A stretch of DNA of 64,000 bases, taken from contig JAOTXU010000009.1 of NCBI GenBank assembly GCA_029862165.1, positions 65,497 through 129,496 on the forward strand, written 5' to 3'. The stretch is from Gammaproteobacteria bacterium (GTDB lineage Bacteria > Pseudomonadota > Gammaproteobacteria > Steroidobacterales > JABDKV01). The translations under genes were made by a program, and so were the position numbers. The notes under the pieces are model-generated. The model had not been told where the DNA came from. It saw only the letters and a list, made by a program, of their open reading frames with translations, and did not search any database. This document shows, in pieces, positions 19,215 to 30,196 of this stretch. The stretch's first letter is position 1. Each line of letters begins with the position of its first letter.

Positions 19215-20180
19215 TTAAGTCGGTTCGATATCGCGCAGATGGCGGCTGGTGGCGACCCACGAGCCGGCCCATCCCAGCAGGCCGCTGCCGACGATCAGTA
19301 CGGCAATGCCGCCCGGACCCAAGCCCCTGAGCTCGAAGCCACTGCCATATAGCCCGGCCAGACGCGCCACTGGTCCACGCAACAGCAACAGGGAAAGCTC
19401 CGTCAGGACCAGAGCCACAATACCGCCGCCCAATCCGTACCAGAGTCCGCCGTAGAGAAACGGTCGACGCACGAAGGCATCGCTGCCACCGACCAGTTTT
19501 GTCACTTCAATTTCTCCCCGCCGGTTTTCAATATCCAGGCGGATCGTGTTGCCGACGATCAGTGTCACGGCAAGCGCCAGCAAAAAAGCCGTCAGACCAA
19601 CCGTGCGGCGGATGAGTTGCAGAATCGCGTTAAAACGTTTCACCCAATCGGTGTCTACCTGGACCATTTCTGCTTCGGGAATAGCGGCGAGCGCCTCGCC
19701 CAGACCGGCCAGTGTTTCTGCATCAGTGAAATTGTCGGCCGGTGTGACGACGAGGGTGTCCGGTAGTGGATTATTTTCCAATGCGTCGAGTGCCTGACCG
19801 AATCCCGATAGCTCCGCAAACTCGCCCAGGGCTTCCTCGGCATAGATGATTCTTACGGCACTGACTTCAGGCCAGTCCAGTAGCTCACCGGCAATCGTCT
19901 CAATGCGTGCAGCATCTGCCACTTCGTGCAAGTACACCGATACATCGACGACGCTTTCCCAGTTACCGCTCAGCTCGCGGCCGTTTTCCACCAGCAGGTG
20001 TAAGCCAATCGGCAATGCCAGCGCAATGCCAATGACCGCGACCGTCATCACGTTTGCCACGGGTTGCCCGCTTAGTCTGCCTAGCGCACCGACCATGGTC
20101 TGTGCATGACGCAGAAAGTAAGCACGTGCTTGCTGCGTCAACGGAATGCGCTTCTTGGCACTACCTGGCGTTGCTGCCAT
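19215..20180 (-). CDS. ftsX: Cell division permease-like protein FtsX
   Basis: Four-TM FtsX topology directly downstream of ftsE. The start is uncertain (ATG at 20180 or 20213). Confidence 0.85.
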   Translation of the reverse strand: MAATPGSAKKRIPLTQQARAYFLRHAQTMVGALGRLSGQPVANVMTVAVIGIALALPIGLHLLVENGRELSGNWESVVDVSVYLHEVADAARIETIAGELLDWPEVSAVRIIYAEEALGEFAELSGFGQALDALENNPLPDTLVVTPADNFTDAETLAGLGEALAAIPEAEMVQVDTDWVKRFNAILQLIRRTVGLTAFLLALAVTLIVGNTIRLDIENRRGEIEVTKLVGGSDAFVRRPFLYGGLWYGLGGGIVALVLTELSLLLLRGPVARLAGLYGSGFELRGLGPGGIAVLIVGSGLLGWAGSWVATSRHLRDIEPT

Positions 20181-20844
20181 CTGGCCTCTCCGCACCGGCA
20201 AGCTGTCCACCACTCAAGCGAATTACCCGATGACCCATTTGCTCTACCAGACCCAGATCGTGTGAAGCGATAACGACCGTTACACCTACTGCGTTAAATC
20301 GCTTGAACAGACGCATGATTTCCAGCGACAACTCCGGATCCAGGTTTCCGGTCGGTTCATCAGCGATCAACACCGGTGGCTTGCTGACCACGGCCCGGGC
20401 AATACCGATGCGCTGTTGCTCGCCCGACGACAATTCAATTGGTGAGCGTTTTTCACGACCGAGCAGTGCGACCTGATCCAATGCCGCGCGAACGCGCTTG
20501 CCGATCTCGCGATCCGGCAAGCCTGCAATGACCAGTGGCAGGGCAACGTTGTCGTAAATACTGCGGTCAAAAAGCAGTTTGTGATCCTGAAATACCATCC
20601 CGATCGAACGGCGATAGTGTGGGACCTTCTTGCGCCTAATACGCGTTACGTTTTGTCCGCGGATTATCATCTGACCGCGCGTTGGCCGTTCTATCATTGC
20701 AATCAGTTTTAGCAGCGTGCTTTTGCCTGCGCCGGAATGTCCCGTGAGGAAAACCATCTCACCGGGTGTGATGTGCAGAGATAGATTGCTCAGCGCGTCG
20801 CGACCGCTGGCATAACGTTTATAGACGTTTTGAAACCGAATCAT
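20161..20844 (-). CDS. ftsE: Cell division ATP-binding protein FtsE
   Basis: Walker A GHSGAGKST, ABC signature LSSGEQQR, Walker B LIADEP. Confidence 0.9.
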   Translation of the reverse strand: MIRFQNVYKRYASGRDALSNLSLHITPGEMVFLTGHSGAGKSTLLKLIAMIERPTRGQMIIRGQNVTRIRRKKVPHYRRSIGMVFQDHKLLFDRSIYDNVALPLVIAGLPDREIGKRVRAALDQVALLGREKRSPIELSSGEQQRIGIARAVVSKPPVLIADEPTGNLDPELSLEIMRLFKRFNAVGVTVVIASHDLGLVEQMGHRVIRLSGGQLAGAERPDGSNAR

Positions 20845-21815
20845 GTAACGGGTAGCTCGAGCAAAGCATCGACATATTGCTCGGCGTTAAACACGGCCAG
20901 GTCGTCGGCTTGTTCGCCGATACCGATAAAGCGGATCGGCACACCCAGTTCGCGTGCAATAGCCAGTAATATCCCTCCTTTCGCGCTGCCATCGAGTTTT
21001 GTTATGCAAACGCCGGTGAGCCCAACGTCTTCGTGAAACTGGCGTGCCTGTGCCAGCGCGTTCTGACCGTTTCCGGCATCGATGACCAGTAGTGTTTCCT
21101 GTGGTGCGTTTTCATCCAGCTTACCCAGGACGCGTTTGATCTTTTTCAGTTCTTCCATGAGGTTGCTTTGCGTATGCAGGCGGCCGGCAGTGTCGGCAAT
21201 CAATATATCGATGTCGCGTGCGCGTGTTGCGACGAGCGCATCATAAACGACCGCCGACGGGTCAGCACCGGCATGTTGTGCAATGACGGGAACACCATTG
21301 CGTTCGCCCCAGACCTGAAGCTGCTCCACGGCCGCCGCCCTGAACGTATCCGCCGCCGCCAACATTACGCTGCGGCCTTCATCCAGAAAACGGTTCGCCA
21401 GTTTTCCAATGGTCGTGGTCTTGCCCGCGCCATTGACGCCGACCATCAAGATTACAAACGGCTGTTGTGTCGTGTCGATCTCCAGCGGTATGGCAGTTGG
21501 CGAGATCAGCTCGATCATCCCTTGCCGCAGGGCATTCATGAGCGCAGCCAGATCGTTAAGCTCGGAGCGTTTAAGACGCTCGCGCAGTCCGTCGATGATA
21601 TGCTCAGTCGCATCGACACCGACATCGCCGAGCAGCAGCCGGGTTTCGAGTTCTTCAAGAGTGGTGTCGTCGATCTTGCCACCCGGGATGAGATCGGCAA
21701 CATCGGTCGTTAACCAGGAGTCACCTTTATTGAGTCGGGTTCGCAGACGACGAAGGAACCCCGGTTTCTTTTCGGCCGGCTCAGTAGTTTCAGTGGATTT
21801 TTTCTTTCTTAACAT
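20841..21815 (-). CDS. ftsY: Signal recognition particle receptor FtsY
   Basis: NG domain with GVNGAGKTTTIGKLA, DTAGR and TKLDG. The stop overlaps the ftsE start. Confidence 0.9.
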   Translation of the reverse strand: MLRKKKSTETTEPAEKKPGFLRRLRTRLNKGDSWLTTDVADLIPGGKIDDTTLEELETRLLLGDVGVDATEHIIDGLRERLKRSELNDLAALMNALRQGMIELISPTAIPLEIDTTQQPFVILMVGVNGAGKTTTIGKLANRFLDEGRSVMLAAADTFRAAAVEQLQVWGERNGVPVIAQHAGADPSAVVYDALVATRARDIDILIADTAGRLHTQSNLMEELKKIKRVLGKLDENAPQETLLVIDAGNGQNALAQARQFHEDVGLTGVCITKLDGSAKGGILLAIARELGVPIRFIGIGEQADDLAVFNAEQYVDALLELPVT

Positions 21816-21881
21816 GGTCGTATCTGGTCTTCAGGCAGCGAGTTTGCCTTACCGTCAGGACAAAAGACAACGGAGCCGAGC

Positions 21882-22478
21882 GTGAGCAGACAGCGCGGCA
21901 AAAGCAGCCCATCCGGTACAGGCCGGTTCCGGATAATCGGCGGACAGTGGCGTGGGCGGCGGATACAGTTTCCCGGTACCGGACAGTTGCGACCTACACC
22001 GGACCGGGTGCGCGAAACATTGTTTAACTGGGTCAGTCCGCTGATCGAGGGCGCGCGCTGCCTGGACCTGTATGCCGGTAGCGGTGCGCTGGGTCTGGAG
22101 GCCCTGTCCCGCCACGCGGCAGAGTGCGTTTTTGTCGAGCGTGATGCCAAGGCTCTGGACGCTATTCGGGAGCACATGGTCGAACTGAACAGTGGCAATG
22201 CCGTATGTGTAAGCAGCGATGCGCTAGCTTATCTGCGCCGCTGCGCACTCGATTTCGATTTGATCTTTCTCGATCCCCCGTTCGACGAAGACCCCTGGGC
22301 GCGCCTGTTGCATCAAATAGTAGCCGGCAAGCTCCTGCGAACAGGCGGCCGAATCTATATGGAGATGCTGGCCGACAAGGGCTCGCCGGAACTGCCGAAA
22401 GGACTGGAATTGCTGCGCAGCAAGCGAGCGGGCCGTGTGGGGTATCATTTGGTTTCAGTCAGGCAGGAGATTCCATGA
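21882..22478 (+). CDS. rsmD: 16S rRNA (guanine966-N2)-methyltransferase RsmD
   Basis: GTG start. [42 protein letters not shown] and DPPF motifs. Confidence 0.85.
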   Translation: MSRQRGKSSPSGTGRFRIIGGQWRGRRIQFPGTGQLRPTPDRVRETLFNWVSPLIEGARCLDLYAGSGALGLEALSRHAAECVFVERDAKALDAIREHMVELNSGNAVCVSSDALAYLRRCALDFDLIFLDPPFDEDPWARLLHQIVAGKLLRTGGRIYMEMLADKGSPELPKGLELLRSKRAGRVGYHLVSVRQEIP

Positions 22479-22960
22479 CCCGCGCCGCGCTCTATCCGGG
22501 CACTTTCGATCCCGTCACCAATGGACACAACGACTTGATCCGTCGTGCGGCCACCATGTTTGATCGCGTGGTTGTCGGCATTGCGGCGAGTCCGCGCAAG
22601 ACACCAGTGTTCGATTTGAAGAGCCGGGTTGACATGGCACAAATAGTCGTGGGTGATGTGGAAAACGTAGAGGTGCGCGGGTACGAAGGCATGACGGTCG
22701 ATTTTGCCCGCGAAAATAATCTCCCCGTAATGATTCGTGGTTTGCGGGCAGTATCTGATTTCGAATACGAATTCCAGCTTGCGACGATGAGCCGTCAGAT
22801 CGCGCCTGACATTGAAACCGTATTCCTGACACCGGCAGAGCAATATACTTATATTTCGTCGACACTGGTTCGCGAGGTTGCGTCATTCGGCGGCGACGTA
22901 TCAAAATTTGTACATCCGCGTGTGCGTGATGCCTTGGTCAGGTTCTACGCCAAGAAGTAG
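22475..22960 (+). CDS. coaD: Phosphopantetheine adenylyltransferase
   Basis: ATG at 22475 (ATGA overlap with rsmD). [12 protein letters not shown] motif; 161 aa. Confidence 0.9.
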   Translation: MTRAALYPGTFDPVTNGHNDLIRRAATMFDRVVVGIAASPRKTPVFDLKSRVDMAQIVVGDVENVEVRGYEGMTVDFARENNLPVMIRGLRAVSDFEYEFQLATMSRQIAPDIETVFLTPAEQYTYISSTLVREVASFGGDVSKFVHPRVRDALVRFYAKK

Positions 22961-23242
<282 letters not shown>

Positions 23243-23274
23243 TTCGATCTGACACGCTAAGCGATAACGACGTC

Positions 23275-24108
23275 GTGGTGTACCGTTTTGTGTGGATTCT
23301 GATTCTGGGGCTCAGCCTTTCCACCGGTCATGCAAACGAGGCCGGGTCTGAGTATCTGGGTAACGAAGGCGTCATGGTTAGCCATGGCAAGTGGAAAGTA
23401 CTCTTCGATACTTTCTATCTTGACGGAATGAACTTATATGCGCTCGTCGCGCCACAGACGCGGGCGCAGTTAATGGCAGGTGAGAGGCCATACGATGGCG
23501 TAGACGCGATATTCGTTTCGCACATCCATGACGATCACTTCAATGCATCGGAAACACTGGCCTACCTGAGAAGCCAACCCGACGTCAGTCTTTTTGCACC
23601 AAAACAGGTTGTCGATGCGTTGAGCCAGTCAATAAATTCCGACGACCCGCTGACCGAACGGATGGTCGGATTCGAACTGCGACCGGGCGATGCAGCGCAA
23701 TCGATTTCCCGCGGCGGAATACTAGTAGAAGCCGTCAACATTCCGCATGCTGGCGGTGAACGAATGGCACAAATCAGCAACCTGGCCTTTCGCGTTACGC
23801 TGGGTAAGTGGCCTACGGTATTGCACCTTGGCGACGCCGGTGTGGATGGTGCATATTTTGAATCGTTACAGCCGCATTGGGACGCACGGTTGACCGATAT
23901 CGCTTTTCCGCCGTACTGGTTTTTTCTGCAGGAAGAAGGTCACAAGGTCTTGAGTCAGAAAATTCAAGCGCTTCAGACCATCGGCATACACGTGCCGGCA
24001 TCCGCTGCCGGTAATGGCGCCTCATGGCGCCAAAAGGCCCGTGGCGATCTGTACACCGATCCCGGTGAACGTCGCAACATACCCTATAGAAACAAAAAAA
24101 CGCCCTAA
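23275..24108 (+). CDS. MBL-fold metallo-hydrolase (secreted)
   Basis: GTG start, signal peptide and an HxHxDH-like motif, VSHIHDDHF. Confidence 0.6.
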   Translation: MVYRFVWILILGLSLSTGHANEAGSEYLGNEGVMVSHGKWKVLFDTFYLDGMNLYALVAPQTRAQLMAGERPYDGVDAIFVSHIHDDHFNASETLAYLRSQPDVSLFAPKQVVDALSQSINSDDPLTERMVGFELRPGDAAQSISRGGILVEAVNIPHAGGERMAQISNLAFRVTLGKWPTVLHLGDAGVDGAYFESLQPHWDARLTDIAFPPYWFFLQEEGHKVLSQKIQALQTIGIHVPASAAGNGASWRQKARGDLYTDPGERRNIPYRNKKTP

Positions 24109-24172
24109 CTGCAGATTGAATTCACGTCTGCGGGCGTCTACGCTTGAAAGAATCGCGTCTGGGACGACTCGC

Positions 24173-25120
24173 ATGTACAACAGAGCACGAACAACGGTAG
24201 TTATCGCAATTCTGGCAGCACAGTATGGCTGTACACCTGATAAGGGCTCTGTTGTCAGTGTGGGGGAACCCAACGATGTGGAAATCGTTGCAAGGGGACT
24301 AAAGTTCGATGCCCCCACAGAGATCCCAGCGGGCTGGACGACGTTTCATTTCAAGAACGAATCTCAAATGACTCATTTCGCGTTGATTCAGAAACTGCCG
24401 CAAGGAATCGGACTTGCGGATCAGCAGGAACAGGTTGCACCGGTCTTCCAGAACGGCATGAACCTGCTCAATGAAGCCAAAGCCGATGAGGCGATGCAGG
24501 TGTTTGGAACGCTGCCTGCCTGGTTCGGTGAGATCGTATTCATGGGTGGGCCGGGATTTGTGTCCGCCGGTGGTGTTGCGACGACCACACTTAATCTGCA
24601 GCCTGGGAATTATCTTTTGGAATGCTACGTAAAAACCGGTGGGATCTTCCATAGCTTCAACCCGTCTCCGGACAGCATTGGTATGGTGGCGGAGTTTGAA
24701 GTGACGGGAGACAGCACGGCGGCAAATCCGCCTGAAGCGACTTTCACAGTCACCATCTCCAAGGCAGGCGGTATTGAATTCGACGGCGCACCAACGCCGG
24801 GGAAACACATAGTTGAAGTTCAATTTGGCGAACAGCAGACACATGAGAACTTTGTGAAGCATGACCTGCACCTGGTGAGACTGGCGCCGGACACCGATTT
24901 GGAGGTGCTGCAGACCTGGATGGACTGGCGCGAGATGACGGGTCTTGAAACACCGGCGCCCGCGACTTTTGTTGGGGGCACCAATGAAATGCCTGCTGGA
25001 AGCACCGCCTATCTGCATCTAGATTTTGAACCTGGTGAATATGCCTGGATTGCCGAGGTTCCTGAGTCTGCCAGCAAGGGGATGATGAAGAAATTTCTTG
25101 TCGGCGCATCCGCTCATTGA
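24173..25120 (+). CDS. Hypothetical lipoprotein
   Basis: ATG at 24173 inside ORF 24014..25120. Lipobox LAAQYGC. 315 aa; I recognise no family. Confidence 0.5.
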   Translation: MYNRARTTVVIAILAAQYGCTPDKGSVVSVGEPNDVEIVARGLKFDAPTEIPAGWTTFHFKNESQMTHFALIQKLPQGIGLADQQEQVAPVFQNGMNLLNEAKADEAMQVFGTLPAWFGEIVFMGGPGFVSAGGVATTTLNLQPGNYLLECYVKTGGIFHSFNPSPDSIGMVAEFEVTGDSTAANPPEATFTVTISKAGGIEFDGAPTPGKHIVEVQFGEQQTHENFVKHDLHLVRLAPDTDLEVLQTWMDWREMTGLETPAPATFVGGTNEMPAGSTAYLHLDFEPGEYAWIAEVPESASKGMMKKFLVGASAH

Positions 25121-25133
25121 TTACCGTTGATGC

Positions 25134-25949
25134 TCAGGTTTGGCAGTGTGGGCAGTAGAAGGTGGAACGCTGGCCGATGACGATCCGGCGGATCGCCGAT
25201 CCGCAACCGGGGCAGGGTTGTCCGTCACGATCGTAGGCATTCAACTCAAGCTGAAAGTAACCGGGTTGACCGTCACCGCCGGTGAAGTCGCGCAACGTTG
25301 TGCCACCGACTTTTATTGCGTTTTCCAATACTAACTTGATTGTGTCGCTGAGCAACTGCATGCGTGGTAATGAAATTCTACCCGCTGCTCGGCGAGGATT
25401 GATTCCGGCCGCATATAGCGCCTCGCTGGCATAAATATTGCCGACGCCGACGACGGTCGCGGCATTCATGATGTGCAGCTTTATAGCGCCGCGGCGTCCA
25501 CGGGCGCTCTTGTACAAATACTCTCCGTCGAATTCGGGATGCAATGGCTCAGGACCGAGTCTTGCAAGCAATCGATGCCGCAAGGGATCACGCCGCGTCC
25601 ACAACATCGACCCAAAACGACGCGGATCCGTAAAACGCAAACAAGTCCCGTTGGCAAACACGATGTCGACATGGTCGTGTTTTTGCGCGGGACCAGGATT
25701 CGACAAAGCGCGCAGACTGCCAGACATACCCAGATGGGTAATCAGCGTGCCAGCCGTGGTGCCTAGCAGCAGGTATTTTGCCCGCCGATCAACCGAATCG
25801 ACCGTCTCACCGGGCAGCTCCCGGGCCAGACCGGCGGAAATCGGCCAGCGCAGCCGCCGCTGCCGAATAACCACCTTTTTGACAGCTATGCCCTTGATTG
25901 CAGGGGCAATTCCGCGGCGGGTGATTTCGACTTCCGGCAATTCAGGCAT
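25134..25949 (-). CDS. mutM: Formamidopyrimidine-DNA glycosylase
   Basis: MPELPEVE N-terminus (ATG at 25949) and C-terminal zinc finger CPGCG...CPHCQ. Confidence 0.9.
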   Translation of the reverse strand: MPELPEVEITRRGIAPAIKGIAVKKVVIRQRRLRWPISAGLARELPGETVDSVDRRAKYLLLGTTAGTLITHLGMSGSLRALSNPGPAQKHDHVDIVFANGTCLRFTDPRRFGSMLWTRRDPLRHRLLARLGPEPLHPEFDGEYLYKSARGRRGAIKLHIMNAATVVGVGNIYASEALYAAGINPRRAAGRISLPRMQLLSDTIKLVLENAIKVGGTTLRDFTGGDGQPGYFQLELNAYDRDGQPCPGCGSAIRRIVIGQRSTFYCPHCQT

Positions 25950-26108
25950 AGCAGTGGGCCAATAATGTGATCTGGGGCACAAACCCTACAATTCATGGCG
26001 TTTATAAGGGTATTGCTGTCAGCGTCGGTCTAATTACAGTCTGGTCTGTCAGGGAACGATACGCTATATTCCGGGGCTCTCGCGCCCCCACCACCGACAG
26101 GATACTTC

Positions 26109-27275
26109 ATGGAATACCTTTCCGGATTACTACAGCTGGGCCCGCTCGCTCTGACCTTGATCACCGTGCTTTTGTGCCAGGCTACGGTCGCCTGCGTCAC
26201 GCTTTACCTGCATCGCGATCAGGCCCACCGCGGTCTGGAACTGCACCCTGCAGTTCGTCACCTATGCCGGTTCTGGATGTGGCTGACGACCGGAATCAAG
26301 ACTAACGAATGGGTTGCGATTCACCGCAAGCACCACGCACGTTGCGAGACCGAAGAGGATCCGCATAGCCCGCAAATTCACGGCTTACGCAAGGTGCTGT
26401 TCGAAGGGGCCGAACTGTACCGCGAGGAAGCGAAGAACGAAGAGACCCTGGAGCATTTTAGCCACGGGACACCCGACGACTGGATTGAGCGCAACATTTA
26501 TCAGCGCCATGCCTACCTGGGTATAGGCATCATGTTTACGGTCAACATCGTGTTGTTTGGTCCTATCGGCATCACTATCGGCGCCATACAGATGGCGACA
26601 ATTCCCTTTCTGGCGGCCGGCATCATCAATGGTGTCGGACATCACACGGGTTATCGTAATTTTGAATGCGATGACGCGGCCACGAATATTGTTCCCTGGG
26701 GCGTAATGCTCGGTGGCGAGGAACTGCATAATAATCACCACGCCTTTCCTACCTCATCGAAGTTCTCGGTGCGTCAATGGGAGTTTGATATTGGTTGGCT
26801 GTATATCATTGTCCTGCGCTTTTTCGGGCTGGCCAAAGTTCGTAAAGTGGCGCCGAAACCGGTTTTGCAACCGGAGCGTCGTAACATCGATATCGAGACA
26901 TTGAAGGCTGTGCTGGTCAATCGCATGCATGTATTGCGCGACTATAGCCGCAGCGTCACGATACCGACTTTGCGTCTGGAACTGGCAGATTTGCCGAAGC
27001 GTATGGCACGTGGAGCGCGTCGCCTGATGGTCAGGCAACCCAAGCTGTTGGACGATGACGCGCGTCAGAGACTCAGCGAATTGCTGGATCGAAATCAGTC
27101 GCTGCGTACGGTTCACGAATTCCGAGAGCGACTGAGGGCTTTGTGGAGTGGTCGTACCATCAGCAATGAAAAGTTGGTGGTACAGCTGCGTGAGTGGGTT
27201 GCTCAGGCTGAGGCCAGTGGAATTCGCGCTTTGCAGGATTTCTCGGGTCGTATCAGCACCTACCAAATCGCGTAG
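26109..27275 (+). CDS. Membrane acyl-CoA/acyl-lipid fatty acid desaturase
   Basis: Histidine boxes HRDQAH, HRKHH and HNNHH, with TM segments between them. Confidence 0.8.
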   Translation: MEYLSGLLQLGPLALTLITVLLCQATVACVTLYLHRDQAHRGLELHPAVRHLCRFWMWLTTGIKTNEWVAIHRKHHARCETEEDPHSPQIHGLRKVLFEGAELYREEAKNEETLEHFSHGTPDDWIERNIYQRHAYLGIGIMFTVNIVLFGPIGITIGAIQMATIPFLAAGIINGVGHHTGYRNFECDDAATNIVPWGVMLGGEELHNNHHAFPTSSKFSVRQWEFDIGWLYIIVLRFFGLAKVRKVAPKPVLQPERRNIDIETLKAVLVNRMHVLRDYSRSVTIPTLRLELADLPKRMARGARRLMVRQPKLLDDDARQRLSELLDRNQSLRTVHEFRERLRALWSGRTISNEKLVVQLREWVAQAEASGIRALQDFSGRISTYQIA

Positions 27276-27398
27276 ATCTGGTTTACTGCGGCTACAAACG
27301 AAGAGTCGCCGCAGAGAAATGACCGTCTTCTTTCTCGCCCCTTATCAGCCGTCTTGCGGAGGATACGGTGTCGCTGGGGAGACGTGTCCTTTTGGCCC

Positions 27399-27563
27399 TT
27401 ACTTGATCTTGGTTTCTTTGTAAGGCACGTGTTTGCGCACGCGCGGGTCGTATTTCATGACTTCCATCTTTTCCGGATGTAGCCGTTTGTTCTTTGTTGT
27501 CGTATAGAAGTGACCGGTTCCTGCCGACGATCTAAGTCGTATCTTCTCGCGATTACTGGCCAT
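27399..27563 (-). CDS. rpmG: 50S ribosomal protein L33
   Basis: Not in the ORF track because it is under 60 aa. My reverse-strand translation is [54 protein letters not shown]. It lies 10 nt downstream of rpmB. Confidence 0.9.
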   Translation of the reverse strand: MASNREKIRLRSSAGTGHFYTTTKNKRLHPEKMEVMKYDPRVRKHVPYKETKIK

Positions 27564-27573
27564 CGTTTTCTCC

Positions 27574-27810
27574 CTAGACCTTCTGCCCGCGTGCGCGCAG
27601 TTTGGCCAGAACCTTGTCGATACCGTGCTTGTCGATCAAGCGCAGACCCTTGGTCGATATCCGCAATTTAACATAACGGTTTTCGCTCTCCACCCAGATG
27701 CGATGCGAGTGCAAATTGGGCAAAAACCGCCGTCTGCTCCGGTTTTTGGCGTGCGATACGTTGTTACCGCTGGTCGGTTGCTTGCCGGTTACCTGGCAGA
27801 CTCTGGACAT
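27574..27810 (-). CDS. rpmB: 50S ribosomal protein L28
   Basis: [10 protein letters not shown]...GNNVSHA.N...RRF.PNL is a canonical L28 sequence. Confidence 0.92.
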   Translation of the reverse strand: MSRVCQVTGKQPTSGNNVSHAKNRSRRRFLPNLHSHRIWVESENRYVKLRISTKGLRLIDKHGIDKVLAKLRARGQKV

Positions 27811-27943
27811 AACTGAATCCTCGGGGCTTTTTCTTGCGCGGCGGTGCCGGCAAAGAGCGGGACTTTATACCAGCACCCGGCGCGGCTCGCAACAATGCCC
27901 GGGCTACTTCTTCCCACCCCGACCACGAGATGTATCAGATACA

Positions 27944-28145
27944 TTCCCTCCCCCTAACCGGAGGGGGAGGAACACATAGATTCCCTCCCCCCTTTGGGGG
28001 GAGGGTTAGGGTGGGGGGTTGCACGCGCAAGAGACTCGACGGGCTTGCGGGATTTGCCCCTCCCCCTAACCCCCTCCCCGGAGGGGAGGGGGAACAGCTA
28101 CTTTCCCTCCCCCTAACCCCCTCCCCGGAGGGGAGGGGGAACACA
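27944..28145. repeat. Cluster of four G/C-only REP-like hairpin repeats
   Basis: Copies at 27944-27976, 27981-28018, 28057-28096 and 28103-28145 share TTCCCTCCCCC(T)...GGGGAGGG...AACA. Each can form a 9-10 bp stem made only of G:C pairs. Confidence 0.8.
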
Positions 28146-28165
28146 TGCAGCCGGGCTATTGTTCG

Positions 28166-28840
28166 TCAGATAAGACCGCGTTCTGCAAAGGACACGCAAT
28201 CTCCTTCGCCGACAACAAAGTGATCGAGCACGCGTATGTCAACCAGACTCAGCGCATCACACAGTCTGCGTGTGATCATTTCATCAGCCTGACTGGGTTC
28301 GGCGATTCCACTGGGATGATTATGTGCCAGGATCACTGCGGCAGCATTGCGCTCGAGCGCGAGTTTCACGACTTCGCGTGGGTGCACACTGGCGCCGTCT
28401 ATGGTGCCGCGAAACAGCTCTTCGAAAGTAATAACGCGATTGCGGTTATCCAGCAGCAACAAGCAGAACAGCTCATGCGGCAAATCGCGTAACCTTGCGC
28501 GTAGAAATTCACGTGTGACGGCAGGGCTGGTCAAAGCATCAGGACGATCGAGTGCTTCGCGCAGATTCCGGCGGACAATTTCAACTGCCGCCTGTAGCTG
28601 ACTCCAACGCGCCGGGCCCAATCCCCGGACCTGACAGGCCTGCGTTTGTGTCGCAGTCAACAGAGCACGCAAGCTGCGAAACCGTTGCAGAAGTTCATGG
28701 GCGAGGTCCAGTGCGGTGCCGCCAGCCACGCCGGTGCCCAGTAATACCGCAAGTAGTTCTGCGTCCGACAGAGCGGCTGAGCCAAGTTCCTGCAGCCTTT
28801 CGCGGGGCCTTTCGCCGCGCGGCCAGTTACTGATAGTCAT
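28166..28840 (-). CDS. radC: RadC-family JAB-domain protein
   Basis: ATG at 28840. N-terminus RPRERL...[14 protein letters not shown] and the JAB motif HNHPSG. Confidence 0.85.
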   Translation of the reverse strand: MTISNWPRGERPRERLQELGSAALSDAELLAVLLGTGVAGGTALDLAHELLQRFRSLRALLTATQTQACQVRGLGPARWSQLQAAVEIVRRNLREALDRPDALTSPAVTREFLRARLRDLPHELFCLLLLDNRNRVITFEELFRGTIDGASVHPREVVKLALERNAAAVILAHNHPSGIAEPSQADEMITRRLCDALSLVDIRVLDHFVVGEGDCVSFAERGLI

Positions 28841-28948
28841 GCCACATTCCTTGTGAAAGACCCGGTTTCCACTGTCCCACAGGCGCCGGAGAGGAACAAC
28901 CGTGTACAAGGCCGTAAACTATGCCGATATTCTTCGCCGGAGTGATCC

Positions 28949-30196
28949 ATGGCCGATTCGGGGTTAGAAAACCGAAAAATACTGCTCGGCGTTACCGGGG
29001 GCATCGCCGCCTATAAGGGCATCGAGCTGGTGCGACGTCTGCGCGAGCGAGGCGCTTCGGTACAAGTCGTCATGACACCCGGTGCCCGACGTTTCGTGAC
29101 GGCACAGTCGTTTCAGGCGGTGTCCGGTGAGTCCGTGCGTGACGATCTGTGGGACTCCGAGGCGGAAGCCGCTATGGGTCACATCGAACTGGCCCGCTGG
29201 GCAGATATCGTCGTGATTGCTCCGGCGAGCGCAGATTTCATGGCGCGCGTGGTCGCGGGCATGGCCGACGATCTGCTCAGTACGCTTTGTCTGGCGACGG
29301 ATGCACCGGTCTGGTTGGCACCATCAATGAATCGCATGATGTGGGCCAATGCGGCCACACAGGAAAACGTCCGTGTTTTGGAACAACGCGGTATAAGACT
29401 TATCGGACCAGCAACTGGCGATCAGGCCTGTGGCGAGGTTGGGCCCGGTCGTATGTCTGAACCCGAAGAGATCGTCGAGACTATTGTTGCCAGCGGTTTG
29501 CTTTCCAGCGACAGACTCGCCGGACGTCATGTGATGATTACTGCGGGACCGACACGCGAGCGGGTCGACCCCGTGCGATATCTCAGCAATCACAGTTCCG
29601 GCAAGATGGGTTTTGCTATCGCCCGTGCGGCGCGCGCCGCCGGTGCGAGAGTGACACTGATCAGTGGTCCGGTAGCATTGCCGACGCCGTATGGTGTAAC
29701 GCGCATTGATGTCGAAAGCGCCGCGCAAATGCATCGCGCCGTCCACGAGACTGTCGCTGATGTGGATATTTTCATCGGGACCGCTGCGATATCTGACTAT
29801 CGGCCAGTAGCAACGTCCGCGCATAAAATGAAGAAGACCGGAGAGAGTCTGACGCTCAAGCTGGAACAGACGACCGATGTGCTGGCCAGTGTTGCAGCAC
29901 TAAAGCCTGCTCCGTTTACAGTGGGATTTGCCGCCGAGACCCGCGATATAGAACGTTATGCAAGTGAGAAACTCGAGCGGAAAAAACTGGACATGATCGC
30001 GGCAAACAAAGTCGGCGAGGACTCCGGCGGGACGATCGGTTTTGGCACTGATGAGAATCAGTTGACAGTTATATGGGCTGGCGGCAAGCATGAACTACCG
30101 ACCGCGAGCAAGGTCAGTTTGGCGCGGGATCTGGTCGCGCTAATCGCGGAAAGAATGGCAGCAACCGAAAACCAACGGAATAATCGCAGTGCGTGA
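28949..30196 (+). CDS. coaBC: Bifunctional phosphopantothenoylcysteine decarboxylase / phosphopantothenate-cysteine ligase
   Basis: 415 aa with an N-terminal flavoprotein domain ([10 protein letters not shown]) and a C-terminal CoaB domain. Divergent from radC and upstream of dut, as in E. coli. Confidence 0.9.
   Translation: MADSGLENRKILLGVTGGIAAYKGIELVRRLRERGASVQVVMTPGARRFVTAQSFQAVSGESVRDDLWDSEAEAAMGHIELARWADIVVIAPASADFMARVVAGMADDLLSTLCLATDAPVWLAPSMNRMMWANAATQENVRVLEQRGIRLIGPATGDQACGEVGPGRMSEPEEIVETIVASGLLSSDRLAGRHVMITAGPTRERVDPVRYLSNHSSGKMGFAIARAARAAGARVTLISGPVALPTPYGVTRIDVESAAQMHRAVHETVADVDIFIGTAAISDYRPVATSAHKMKKTGESLTLKLEQTTDVLASVAALKPAPFTVGFAAETRDIERYASEKLERKKLDMIAANKVGEDSGGTIGFGTDENQLTVIWAGGKHELPTASKVSLARDLVALIAERMAATENQRNNRSA

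Noticed and set aside
22205-22474. N-terminal 90-codon extension of the coaD ORF (track start 22205); similar long upstream extensions occur for thiS (to 39353), pyrE (to 32072), radC (to 28909), mutM (to 25982) and the 159..722 ORF
   Set aside because: The extensions overlap the preceding genes and are Arg/Pro/Ser-rich. Internal ATGs with family-typical N-termini (for example [12 protein letters not shown] for CoaD) give canonical protein lengths.
24299-25018. 239-aa minus-strand ORF opposite the 24173..25120 lipoprotein gene
   Set aside because: It has no signal, motif or RBS and is rich in Arg/His/Cys, as out-of-frame antisense translation usually is. The plus-strand ORF has a proper lipoprotein signal. 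Confidence in either model is only moderate, so I kept the plus-strand one.
27834-28223. ORFs 27834..28223 (+) and 27935..28144 (-) encoding Pro/Gly/Glu-rich peptides (e.g. PLPGGEGE, SPEGRG)
   Set aside because: They are translations of the G/C-only hairpin repeat cluster on both strands. They are mutually overlapping, low-complexity, lack an RBS, and sit in the radC-rpmB spacer. I treat them as repeat artefacts.
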